Below are positions 50,700-62,409 of a stretch of DNA of 64,000 nt, one piece after another. The translations under genes were made by a program, and so were the position numbers. How positions within the stretch are numbered: the stretch's first letter is position 1; every line of letters begins with the position of its first letter. Origin of the DNA: Macrostomum hystrix (Eukaryota > Animalia > Platyhelminthes); assembly GCA_950097015.1 (NCBI GenBank), contig CATNEN010000035.1, forward strand, positions 1,240,001 through 1,304,000, read 5' to 3'. A model generated the notes under the pieces. That model saw only the letters and a list, made by a program, of their open reading frames with translations. It made no database searches and was not told where the DNA came from.

Positions 50700-50774
50700 G
50701 TGTTGAACTATTCAAGCTCCAGTGTTACAGGTGCTCCTGCTGGAAAGAATGCTGCCGAACCGGCCACCATCACA
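50700..50774 (+). other. ~72-bp duplicated fragment of ABCG2 exon 1
   Basis: ttgaactattcaagctccagtgttacaggtgctcctgctggaaagaatgctgccgaaccggccaccatcaca differs from 52026-52097 at one position (gtta/gtca). Confidence 0.9.
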
Positions 50775-50796
50775 GTGCTCTTAGCCTGAGTCGATG

Positions 50797-51084
50797 AGGC
50801 CTCGCCACGAGTGCAGAGACAGGCCTCGCCACGAGTGCAGAGACAGGCCTCGCCACGAGTGCAGAGACAGGCCTCGCCACGAGTGCAGAGACAGGCCTCG
50901 CCACGAGTGCAGAGACAGGCCTCGCCACGAGTGCAGAGACAGGCCTCGCCACGAGTGCAGAGACAGGCCTCGCCACGAGTGCAGAGACAGGCCTCGCCAC
51001 GAGTGCAGAGACAGGCCTCGCCACGAGTGCAGAGACAGGCCTCGCCACGAGTGCAGAGACAGGCCTCGCCACGAGTGCAGAGAC
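50797..51084. repeat. 24-bp minisatellite (AGGCCTCGCCACGAGTGCAGAGAC) x~12
   Basis: Perfect tandem repeat. Confidence 0.96.
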
Positions 51085-51980
51085 ATGCCTCGAGTTGACA
51101 ACGAGAGACAGAAATCATCAGATCTTGATAGAAATAGGTTTCTGGGACACTGTCTCTTTTAAATTGTGCAATTGGTGACTTTCAAATGTTATGCTGTTAA
51201 AATAGCATTTGATCGACACAAGACCTGGACAAAATTCTCTCCCCGTGCTCTGAACGTACTCTATACAGTTGGCGCTTGCCGTATTAGTCACGAAGTAGAT
51301 TAGAGTACAGCATACAATGTATACCTCACCGTACATGGCTTTTTTTATAAAACGAAGCAGAAGACAAAGCACAACTTGCCAGACAAAACGACCTATAGAG
51401 TTGAATGAAGCATTACAGTACATTAAAAACGCACTCTAGGCAAATGTACATTCTCCTGCTGAGCAGTCACCCCCTTGCTTTCTTGGGCTGAATTGTACCT
51501 CAAATGTGTCTACTATGCACATTCAGTTAGAAAAATAAGCGAGATTCAAGCCTAACCCATAGCAAGCTTTGCTTTGCAAGCTGGAAAGATAAGGCATAAC
51601 TATAGTGCAGGTTTTCATTTGCTTGTCATCAAGGGAACGCAAATTTGAAAACTCAGGTGCTTAAAGGGTAAGTCTAATTTTGAATCTAAGGTTTAATTAA
51701 AAGTTCTATTGGTCTGACAATGCACCTTCGCTTTTTTCGGGTGATTTGTACGAACGTAACATAGAGCTCGCCGCAAAGTTCAACAAATGACATTTTAGAC
51801 TTTAGCCTTGTGCGCGCAGAACACAGTTTAGCCCCAAATAGATAGCACAAAAGAGAAGCCTATTCCACACAGTTGCACGGGTGCACAGCGTGATAGAGCG
51901 TTTGGTTACCTTTATTAGCTTGTCTGAGAGTAAAGTTTTCACATTAAGTTTGTAAGCTTAAATAAAATTTTTCAGCAACC

Positions 51981-54627
51981 ATGTCAGAAACGGAAAGACT
52001 GATTTCTCCAGAATCTCCACGAGTATTGAACTATTCAAGCTCCAGTGTCACAGGTGCTCCTGCTGGAAAGAATGCTGCCGAACCGGCCACCATCACATTC
52101 CACAGCCTGTGGTACTCTCTGCCCATTCGACGCGGTCCGCCATGCTGCTTCCCTCCGGAGAGGCGCGATATCCTCCGCGACGTCAGCGGCGTCTTCCGAC
52201 CGGGCATGAACGCCATTCTCGGACCAACTGGCTCCGGGAAGACCAGCCTGCTCGACGTGGTCGCTGGACGGAAGAATCCGCAGCACATCACCGGCACGGT
52301 TTTGATCAATGGAGAGCCACGACCGAAAAACTTCAAATGCGCCAGCGGCTACGTCGTGCAGGACGATGTTGCGATGGGCACACTGACTGTGCGCGAGAAC
52401 CTGGCATTCAGCGCTGCGCTCCGACTACCTGGAGGCGTCAGTCGTCGCGATCGAGGTCGACGCGTTGCGGAGCTGCTCGAGGAGCTTGGCCTGACGAGCG
52501 TGGCTGACAATCGCATCGGCACCCAGCTTATTCGGGGCGTGTCTGGCGGCGAACGACGACGCACTAGCATCGGCATGGAGTTGATAGCCTCACCTAAAGT
52601 GCTGTTCCTAGACGAACCGACTACTGGTGAGGTCTTTGTGTTTCTTGCATAATGGCTTTGATTGCGGCCTTTCCCAGTGTTCCTTGTGACCACAAAAATA
52701 ACAAAAAAATCGCAACCGCAGTGCCGCAATAAGCAGCGTCACTAAGGTGAAGCGTCACTAGGGGGAAGGACCAAGGGTAGTTGTTGTTGGTCAGGTCCTA
52801 AACATCTTTCAAGCGGTCTGATTTTCTGGTCAAAAACTTGACTGAATTGTATCGACGTAAATGTTATGAATAATTGTAGATTGCTTTAAGTCATCTAAGT
52901 CTGGTTGTATGCATGAGTACTTTAAAATTATTAGGAAAATTAATAAAATAAACACTTCTGGACTGCAGGCCTGGACGCCAGCACAGCGAACTCCGTCATG
53001 CGAATGCTGAGAAGCATCTCTCGCAATGGCACCACAATCGTCTTCTCCATACACCAGCCGCGCTACGCAATCTTTAAGACGTTCGACTCGTTGACGCTGC
53101 TCTCCCAGGGCCAGGTGGTTTACCATGGCGACAGCGCCGCTTCGCTCGACTACTTCCAAGGTCTCGGCTACGTTTGTGAGATGCACAACAACCCGTTAGA
53201 CTTCTACATGGATATCCTGAGCGGTGACGCCATTCCCGAGCAGAGAGGGGCGGCAGGTTCCGGCGTGTCAGAGGTCGACTTCGGTCGACAGGAGAGCGTC
53301 CAGCATTGGCTTGTCGCCTCTTACAAGGTTAGATTCATTTTTTATGTTTATGGAAACCTTTGAGTAAATTACTGGATTCGACTTGACCCGAACTTTACGA
53401 TGTGCTGAGCTGACATCAGTAAAGTACAACACAAGTGTCCTGAGGATGCCCACTCAAGCGCATAAAAATAGTTTAGCATACGTTCGTCGGATTGTATAAA
53501 TTCATAAGAAAATTTGTGAATTTTTGCCAACTCTTAGTATTTGTGGAGCATGCAATCACGTCGCTATTTAGAAGCAATTAACTGTAGGAGTACCATGCCA
53601 TTTTGCTGCCCGCTTTTATTCCCCCCCCGGTAGTTCTACTGTTAAGACACTAAATCCCTGCAATTCTCAGAGTTCCGACGTCTGGCGCGACGTTACGGCC
53701 GCCATCGAACCCGTCCATGACGCCTACAAACGTCGCCAAATGGAGACCACGTTTAGCTCGAAAACTAAGACTGCCGCTTATCAGACATCATTCGGCCGGC
53801 AGCTGGCTGTCGTGTCTAAACGGGCAACGCTGAACATGCTGCGAAATCCGCAGACATCGATTGCTCAATTGGCGGTTAACGTGTTCTTTAGCGTACTGGT
53901 TGGCCTAATCTACCTACAGATTCCTGCGGACACAGTCTCCGGTGTGCAGAATCGCGTAGGAGTGTTCTTCTTCATCACAATGAACATGGTGTTTGGCAAC
54001 ATGGGCGCACTGGAGCTGTTTCTGCAGGAGCGGGTGATATTTGCTCACGAGAGCGTCTCTGGCTACTATCGAGTGTCTGTGTACTTTCTGGCCAAGGTGT
54101 TCTGCGACCTGCTGCCCATGAGAATTTTGCCTCTAATGGTTTTTGCGCCAATTTCTTACTTCATGATTGGCCTTGTTCCTAAGCCTGAAAAGTTCTTTGT
54201 GTACTTTCTGAACCTGCTTCTCGTGTCAACTGCTGGTTCGTCATTGGCTTTCTTCATCAGTGCCTCCGTCTCAGTTTTTGCCTTGGCCACAATCTTTTTG
54301 GCCTTGTCTTTTGTCTTTATGATGGTGTTTGCCGGCCTGCTGGTGAACATTTCCGCAATGGGCGAGTGGCTGAGCTGGGCCAAGTATTTGAGCATCTTTC
54401 GCTACAGCATGAACGCGTTAAGCATCAACGAGTTGAAGGACTTGCAGTTTTGCAACAAAACACTTGATGTCTGCTTCGATCTGGGTAACAAATACCTCAG
54501 TGCGCAGGGCATCGCCTATGAAAATGACTTCGATTTGTGGATAAATGAAATCGCATTGGCAGTCATTGTTGTCGCATTTCTGTTCCTGGCGTATGTACAA
54601 CTTCGTCGGCTGAGCACCTTTCGCTAG
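51981..54627 (+). CDS. ABCG2: ABCG2/BCRP-like ABC half transporter, intact (~650 aa)
   Basis: Exons 51981-52626, 52969-53327, 53671-54627. Walker A GPTGSGKT, GVSGGERRR, LFLDEPTTGLD, SIHQPRY, NPLDF, GVQNRVGVFFF, ERVIFAHE; NBD followed by TMD. Confidence 0.93.
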
Positions 54628-55323
54628 GCGACTGTTGAGAAAATTTTGCAGAGAAAGCAAAAAAATATTGGATTCTTTTCTAGAGATATCTTAGTTAGAT
54701 TTAGTTTTTTCATCGATTCTTAACGGTGCCTATAGAAAGGCCTTGGTTCGCAGAAGTTATACTTTTTTGCTTTAAAGGAACTCAAGCGAATTCGTATGAG
54801 CTATTTCTCTATCATGCCCATCTAACGCTTAATTATTGTCTTTTATGCTCCAATCTTTACTTTCTGTCCCACATTTTATCGCTATATATATATATATTGA
54901 AAATATTTACTGGTTAATTACGATAACCCTGTAGGGGTTTTAATTCTCATATTTTAGTTTTCGAATCTGCATGACTTGAAGTGACATTCTCAGTCTCATT
55001 CCAATGCAGTCTGTGTATGACACTGCATGATCTATCATAAATATAACTCATAACAGTGGACAATTTAAACTTTTTAATTGTTTTGGTCGTAAATAATTGG
55101 CGTGCAAGATTGGAAATAATTTTAGGCAAGCATTTTGCATATGATTATCTGCAGATGACACATTCTAAATTCGTAGGAACCAATGTAAGCTGCAAGGCTT
55201 TAGATCATGTATGAAAATTAGCCAGGAGTTTTTCAAGTATTAAATTTTAGCTGTTTAGTCTAATTGGATCGCCTCTTCGCGCTATAATTTTTAACAGCAT
55301 TTTGCTACAGAGCAAGCTTGCAG

Positions 55324-55369
55324 CAAGGACCACTGTAGTATAACTACAGTTATACTACAGTGGTCCTTG
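55324..55369. mobile_element. 46-bp perfect foldback mini-element with 8-bp target-site duplication
   Basis: CAAGGACCACTGTAGTATAAC-TACA-GTTATACTACAGTGGTCCTTG flanked by GCTTGCAG at 55316-55323 and 55370-55377. Confidence 0.8.
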
Positions 55370-55429
55370 GCTTGCAGACCTGGGCTAGCTGCTGATGAGA
55401 CGTCATTGAACAATAATGACAGGACCTTC

Positions 55430-55600
55430 GTTATTTTTATGCTGCTTGGGGTTTTGGCTTATCTAGAGATTAGAGAGTAGGACCCACGACTTGAAAGTCA
55501 GTGGATTCGATTCCCGACTTCGCTAGAATAATTTTTGTCCTTTATTAAGACACCAAATTACTCTGAATTGCTTTGGTTCACCCAACCGTTAATAGTGTAG
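55430..55600 (+). mobile_element. SINE family 2, diverged copy
   Basis: B-box-like GGATTCGATTCC then gtcctttattaagacac...ttgctttggttcaccca. Confidence 0.55.
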
Positions 55601-57166
55601 CCACTGAAACACTGCTGAAAAAAGTGACGAAGTAATAATGTGTTCATTTAAATCTTATTTTAATTCTTATAGTTATATATATTACTTTTTATTTAAAGGT
55701 AGTAATAATTTAGTTTTAACGAGTTCATATTTGGCAAGTTTTCTAATTCAGATTATCTTAGAAGTTAAAGTCTGACTTTTATCTTTAACATTGTGCTTCT
55801 CACTCCATATTCTATTCTAAACTAAACTAATACCCACTCTTATTATTCGCCTATTTTATTCAAAAAATTCGCCGATTATTTTCCTTTTGATGATAAATAA
55901 ATCGCGCTTAACCTATTACAGATTTAAATGCTGGCCTCAAAAATCAAATGAAGTAATAGTAATAATAAATGTTTTATCTTTTAACTCTGGTATAGATTAC
56001 CTCTGGCAGACTAGAGTTCAATATTAATGCATGCTGAATTTCATTTGGCCTATGTATATGAATTTATAGGATTATAGGATTTTAGAAATTTGTAGAAATT
56101 AAGTTGCCTGAGTGGTAATATTTTGCTCTCTCAGTCTATAAATTAACTGTACACTGCCCTCTTATGTAGTGTGTACATGTGCTGCCTGTAGTTTTATAAA
56201 TCATGTCACTATATTTTTTAACTGAGAAAATTTTCATTCATTTTCTTTCCACCATTTATGCCAATTGAATTGACCTATTTGTACACCTCTACCTTATTTT
56301 CAACAGTCTAGGCAAATTAAATTTATTTGTCATTTTCATCTAATATTTCTCCAGTTTCCTGCTAGACATTTAATTATTGAGAAACAGCTTATAATTTTTA
56401 TACTAATGATGACTTGATAATTTTATTAGCTATTCTGCATCAGGACTAGCAAGCTCAGTATACAGGGCCAAATCTTCTGTTGCCTCAGCATTGTAGTGCA
56501 GGTAGGCAATGTCCACACCCCACACTATCATTGCTATGCACTCATGCTCCTTGGTGTCAGGCTGCTTCCTGTCTGCTGACTTTTCTTCATAAAAGAAATT
56601 AAATTTAAATTTTATTCATAGATTTTCTTAACTTGGGGCCCTAACTGTCTTATTAAACAAGCCACATTGTTTGAGTTATAGCATTTTTCCCTATAGTCCA
56701 TATGTACTGCAAGCCAGATTTTCTGGTGTGCATTTACTTTGGGCTGGTGTGCATGGCACACATAGGTAATAATTTCATGGGTTGGCATGCACCTTGGCAT
56801 ACATTTGTGCATTAAAAAAAGAGATCAAATGTCTTGCTTATTTATATGTATTACCAACATCTGATAGGCCTAGTCATGAATCATACAATACAAAACCAGT
56901 AACAGTGAAAAACCTATTTAAAATATAGTAATAGACTATAACATACTAAATCAACCATTATGGACTTTGCATGACTTAAACAAAATGTTGTGTTTGATAT
57001 TTAAACTTTTTCATTTTTTTTGAATTTTAAATAAGTGATGTTTAATAATTTAAAATGCTGTAATTGCCTTTAGTCAAATACAGTAGGCAAACAACTTGTC
57101 TTTTATAAACAAAAATATGTCTTTAAAAATACAATTTTCCATTTTTCCTGTTGTATATGCTTCTGC

Positions 57167-57723
57167 CCATAGTCCGGATCATGCTGGACTTATACCGGAG
57201 GAAAAATCCAACATTTTTTGGCACTTACGCCAGACTTACGCCAACCAAAATAAGGTCCCTCTGACTTACGCCACCCAAAAAAAGGTCCTTCACAATTCTT
57301 GTTAATCGGTGATTAATTAAATTCAGAAGTTGCAACTGTTTAAAAATCTCACAAGTTGCAAATTCTGAATCAAGTATCAAAGTAAGCATCTTAAAGCTAA
57401 AAAAACTTTTGCTATCCTACAATAGATATTCTGCTATCTCATTTATACAAACTGCAATATTTTAATGAACTTTGTTTTAATGCTGCTCCTTAACATCATA
57501 ATTAACGCAAATGTGTTATGTTCTATAGTGATACATTTGATCGTGAATGATCTCATTTGTGCTAACATTTACGCCACTTGATTTATGCCATCTACTTACG
57601 CCAAGCACTTACGCCAAGGCACATTTTGGCCTATACTTACGCCAAGCACTTACGCCAGCCTCCGATCCCAAACCAGATTTACGCCGGAGATCTCCGGCGT
57701 AAACGACATGATCCGGACTATGG
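57167..57723. mobile_element. 557-bp MITE with 17-bp TIRs and 8-bp TSD
   Basis: CCATAGTCCGGATCATG...CATGATCCGGACTATGG; TSD GCTTCTGC at 57159-57166 and 57724-57731; subterminal TTACGCC repeats. Confidence 0.88.
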
Positions 57724-60269
57724 GCTTCTGCATGCCACATTGGCATGCACTGGTATGCAATTAAAAAAGTCAAACTTTGGTGTGCAAATCTCTTTGTCCC
57801 CATTTTTTCTGGCATACCCCCTACATGGTCCAGACTGTGGGTTTTGCCAAGTGTTGGTTTTAGAATATTCTTATTTTTATATTTGGATCTAGATATTCAG
57901 GAACTTAAATAAGCATTTAGGAACTTTAAATTTAGAAGCTTTTCCATTTCTATGAATATTTTGGAAGTGTATTGTTAGGTCATATTATTATTTTTTAACT
58001 TTTTTTACAAAGAATTACTAGTTATTTTATAGGACACTAGAACACTTTAAAATGCAAATGCCAATTTTGTACTAGAACTAGGCCTAGTCAGAATTTTTTA
58101 AATATTCAAATTGGTTTAGATTTGTCTTATCAGCAGTCTATGGTTGGATGCTCTGTAGCAACTAAACTATTAAAAATTGTAGATCAAAAATGCAATTGTA
58201 TTAGAGTAAATGGCTACAAGCTCACAAAATTCCATATTTAATCCATCAATTATTTTTCCCTTTAGGGAGCACTTTGGAATCTTTGTTAAATGTACTTTTT
58301 ATCTGTTACTTTAGCAGCAACAGAGAAGTTATACATAGGCTATATTTACAAAATATGGTACTATAGCCTTTAGCCACTTCCCCTTATTGGCTACAGGTCT
58401 GCTTTCACCAAATGATTTGTTAGTTCCTATTACAGTCATTTCTCATTTCATTCTTATTGGCCTATACCTATGTTTTGTATTGTACCTGAAGACAAATAGG
58501 AAGCAATCAACATTTCTGTAGCTTTTCTAGCTTTACTCTACTCTGCTCCAATCTTCTATATTTTCAAAAGTTTTGTTGTGCCATTTCTGTAATATTATTA
58601 CATTTTCTTCAGACCTACCATTGCTTAAATTATATATTGCCATATAGTAAAAAAGCACAACGAGGCAGAAGGCCATTATGATTGCTAGTTGGCGTGGAAG
58701 CAAAAATATTACCAAATAAGCACAGGACAGAGGGACCTATGGAGGTGCAAGGAGTTGGTCTGACAGACTTTTACAAGCCCTCCTGGCTTAACAAGTTGGC
58801 TGGCTTAATGTACTAACCCCAACTTAACTTAATAGAGGTTGATGGGTTCTAACTGTGGCTGCACTGGTGCTTGCAACAGAGTACTTCAGTCACTAGTGCC
58901 TTTTTATAAGCTAGTTTTGTTGTAATTAGCAACTCATTTTCTATATGAATCTTTTTTATGTTTTTTTTACCTGAACACAAAGTAAGTAATTAAGCAATTA
59001 AGTAAGTAATAATATAGAGTTTAGTAAGAGTAAATAAGTAAATCACTAAAATTAAAGGAAAAAAGTGTACATGTATAGCCATAGCTCTCTCTTATTAAAT
59101 AATAGGATGTTTATAGTTAAGTCTGGCTTGTATTTTTTTCTCTATTATAGCTATTTACAATTTCACTAAGTCTTTGATAGATCAAAAATGCTTTACCTTT
59201 ATTCTGAAGCTTTTAAAATAGCCGATTGATACTAGTATAGCTAAATGTTTTCTCAGATGTTCTCATTAGATTTGTTATCGGCACAAAGGATATCTGTATA
59301 TGAGTGGATACATCAAATATGCCACATATTATTTAGGTTTTTAAACAAACGAAACAAATATTTAATTTGAGATACTACTAGCAGTAGTAATATAAGTGAA
59401 TGATAAAAGTCATTATATGTTTCGTACATCATATATAAAGCATTGCTTTAAACAAACATTGTATGACAGACTGTCAGAAGGAAGCCATGGAGTGTTTGCC
59501 TTTAGCAAATAATGGCCTAGGTGAACTTGACTGAAATATCTGCTCGTGCTATAGTTTGGGCAATGCAACAACCTGACTATAAAGAACCCTTTAAACTTTA
59601 AAAGTACTGTTCTTATCAACTATCTGATTGGTTGATTCACAGCATTGAAATGAACGTTTTTATTAACTTTATTTAGCGTTTATCTGAAAGCTCTAGATGT
59701 ATGTACAACACGAAGGTTAATTAAAAATATTATGTCAGATTCGCTTTATGAATAATAACACATGTTATTAGTGCAGAAATTTAGTCAGTTTTTTGTATGG
59801 AAGAAATATTTTATTTTGTGGACGTCACATGGTGCCTGCTCATAGCTTAGTCCTTTTTGCCTTCTCACTTCCCATTCTGCACTTGAATGCTAATTCCTGA
59901 ATGTGATTCAAGTAAAATTTCCCAATTCCGTGTGGCTCCCGCCGCCCACACCGCCCGGTGTTGTGGTAGCGATCCTTCACTGAACTGAGTGCAAATGTCC
60001 CGTTTCCACTATTTCTAGCCTCCACCCCATTGTAGATCGTTAAGCGTGGGTGGGTAGACTCGCCTAAGCAGGTTGGCATAGCTCGCCAATCTATGCTCCC
60101 CTCATACAACTTTGAGTGCTTCTCCTTTTAATAGCCGAGTCGCATTCTATTCGCCTGTCTCAAAGTCACCCACGCACTTTCTCACTGAGCTCGTGAAATA
60201 TGTTAAATTTAGCGCAGTCTAACTAGTCCGTCTTAAATAACCTTATTAGCCTTATTATTGTGATCACTA

Positions 60270-60726
60270 AACGAGATTAAATGAGACGTGAGAGAAAAGA
60301 GAGATTGCAGTGAGTGAGAGACAAATATGTGGTTGATAGAAGAGAGATTGCAGTGAGTGACAGACAAAGAGTGAGTGATAAAAGAGAGATTGCACTGAGT
60401 GACAGTCAAAGAGTGAGTGATAAAAGAGAGATTGCACTGAGTGACAGACAAAGATGTGAGTGATAAAAGAGACATTGCACTGAGTGACAGACAAAAATGT
60501 GGTGATAAAAGAGACATTGCACTGAGTGACAGACAAAGATGAGGGTGATAAAAGAGAGATGGCAGTGAGTGACAGACAAAGATGTGAGTGATAAAAGAGA
60601 GATTGCACTGAGTGACAGACAAAGATGTGAGTGATAAAAGAGACATTGCACTGAGTGACAGACAAAGATGTGAGTGATAAAAGAGACATTGCACTGAGTG
60701 ACAGACAAAGATGAGGGTGATAAAAG
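60270..60726. repeat. ~43-bp degenerate minisatellite x~10
   Basis: Unit GACATTGCACTGAGTGACAGACAAAGATGTGAGTGATAAAAGA; period 43 at 60601/60644. Confidence 0.9.
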
Positions 60727-62409
60727 AGGGACTTTCTTGTTTATTTCTTGAAGCCCTGGTTATTTATCAGCGTGTACAGCGGCCTCAGGGGCTTAACTCC
60801 CAATGCAACTTAGTTGATGACAATTTCACGGTTCATTTGACAGAGCTCAGCATCGGTTAGCTGGTCGGCTGGACTTTGAGCCGGAGGTGTTGTTCGATGG
60901 CAAGTGATCATGGCCTTCATGTACCCCATTGCCGGATGTGTTGTTTCCTGTCCTGTACAGATTATCAGCCCAAGCCGGGCTGTCTGCTTATGCGGGGCAT
61001 GCGCTGATGTGAGCTAGGAGTGTTAGGAAAACTCTATTACACCATACAGTAGCTAGCCTGCTCACGCAGCGGGGTCTCTTCGAGGAACTTTTTCTTTTCA
61101 GAGCGAAAAAGCAAAAAAAGGAAAGTGCCGGACTGGGGTTAGAAGAATGGCGAAGAGCTGGGAAGGGCGTAAATGGGGACGGCTTTTTGGCGCTATAAGT
61201 AATCATTCAAACAGTCTCAGCTCCTGTCACGCCTTTTGCAACGTTTTTATCCTTTTCTATGCTGCTTCTGCTGCCGCTGCTGCAGACCCTCCTGCCCCCC
61301 GTGCCCTCTTTTATGCATATACACACAGGCCTTTGCATCTTGCTCAGAGAGCTGCAGTAGCTCCCGCAGTGCATCATCCCAACCACGCGCTCTGCTCTGC
61401 TCTCCTCTCCCTTCTCTCTTTTTTTCTGTGTGCCTTCCTCACTCAATCCCTTATACAGACCAGGTCTCAAAGGCAAGCCTTCAACCCCATCATCTACCCT
61501 CTCCCCCCGTTGGCGACTTTCTATATTCCCGGCCGACCCTTCCAGGACCAAAACTCACTGGACCCTCACCAGCTGTGAATGCACTTAAGGTAGCTCGCGT
61601 GTGCTCAAATCGGATAGTGGCCGAGGGAACGAAAGCGCTTGTCTGCGGACTCACCGCCTCAATCCAACCATAGGCCAGCCGGCTATCGATCCGCTACCCC
61701 TTCTCTCCTTCCCCTAGCTTCTACTCCCCATCTCCCGACCCTCCTCCCCCCCCACGCAAACACAGTTTCCCATGCCCTAGCCATGAGCATAGTCCCCCAG
61801 CCCTCACCCCCTGTTTATAAAAATGTCAATTCAGAACCCCGACGTCCCACCGCCCGCGGGCGCACAGGGCGAATATTTTCCTTCCTTTTTCCTCCTCTCT
61901 CCCCTTTTCTAGCTGCCCTCCCCTCTCTCCCCTTCTCGCCGTTGGCTCATAAAGCCAACTAAAACTTGCCGCCTGCGCTGTGTATTACGCTTTACAGCTA
62001 TCTGTGCTTTCGTATCGGCTACTGAAAATTTATAAGAGCCATTGTAAGCTGTCAGCCAAAAAGTTAATTCTGTTCAATACAATTTAGGGTTTTATCGTAA
62101 AAAATTACTGAATTTTTAACAAAAAACTTGACGCTATCTAGCTATTTTCTGTAAGTTTAAACTTTTCTTTAATTCACTGCTGGTTGTCCAATTCCGTACT
62201 GTGTATTGTGTCTAACCCACTTGTCCTGCCGAGAATTCCTTATATACTCAAGCCGACATTCTAGTTGTCCCATGTGGCTAGACGGGGCTAGTCCTAGTCG
62301 CGATCAATTAAGTTTGATTAAAACAGAACTTTTTCTAGTTCTACATCTATTGACTTTTTTCTGATGCCAAACATTTTTGTCTCTCTTACTTTGCAGCCAT
62401 ACTCGAAAA

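Noticed and set aside
59840-60109. 89-aa ORF (and 5806-6198, 28667-29053) as genes
   Set aside because: No recognisable motif, no supporting splice structure, length within chance expectation.
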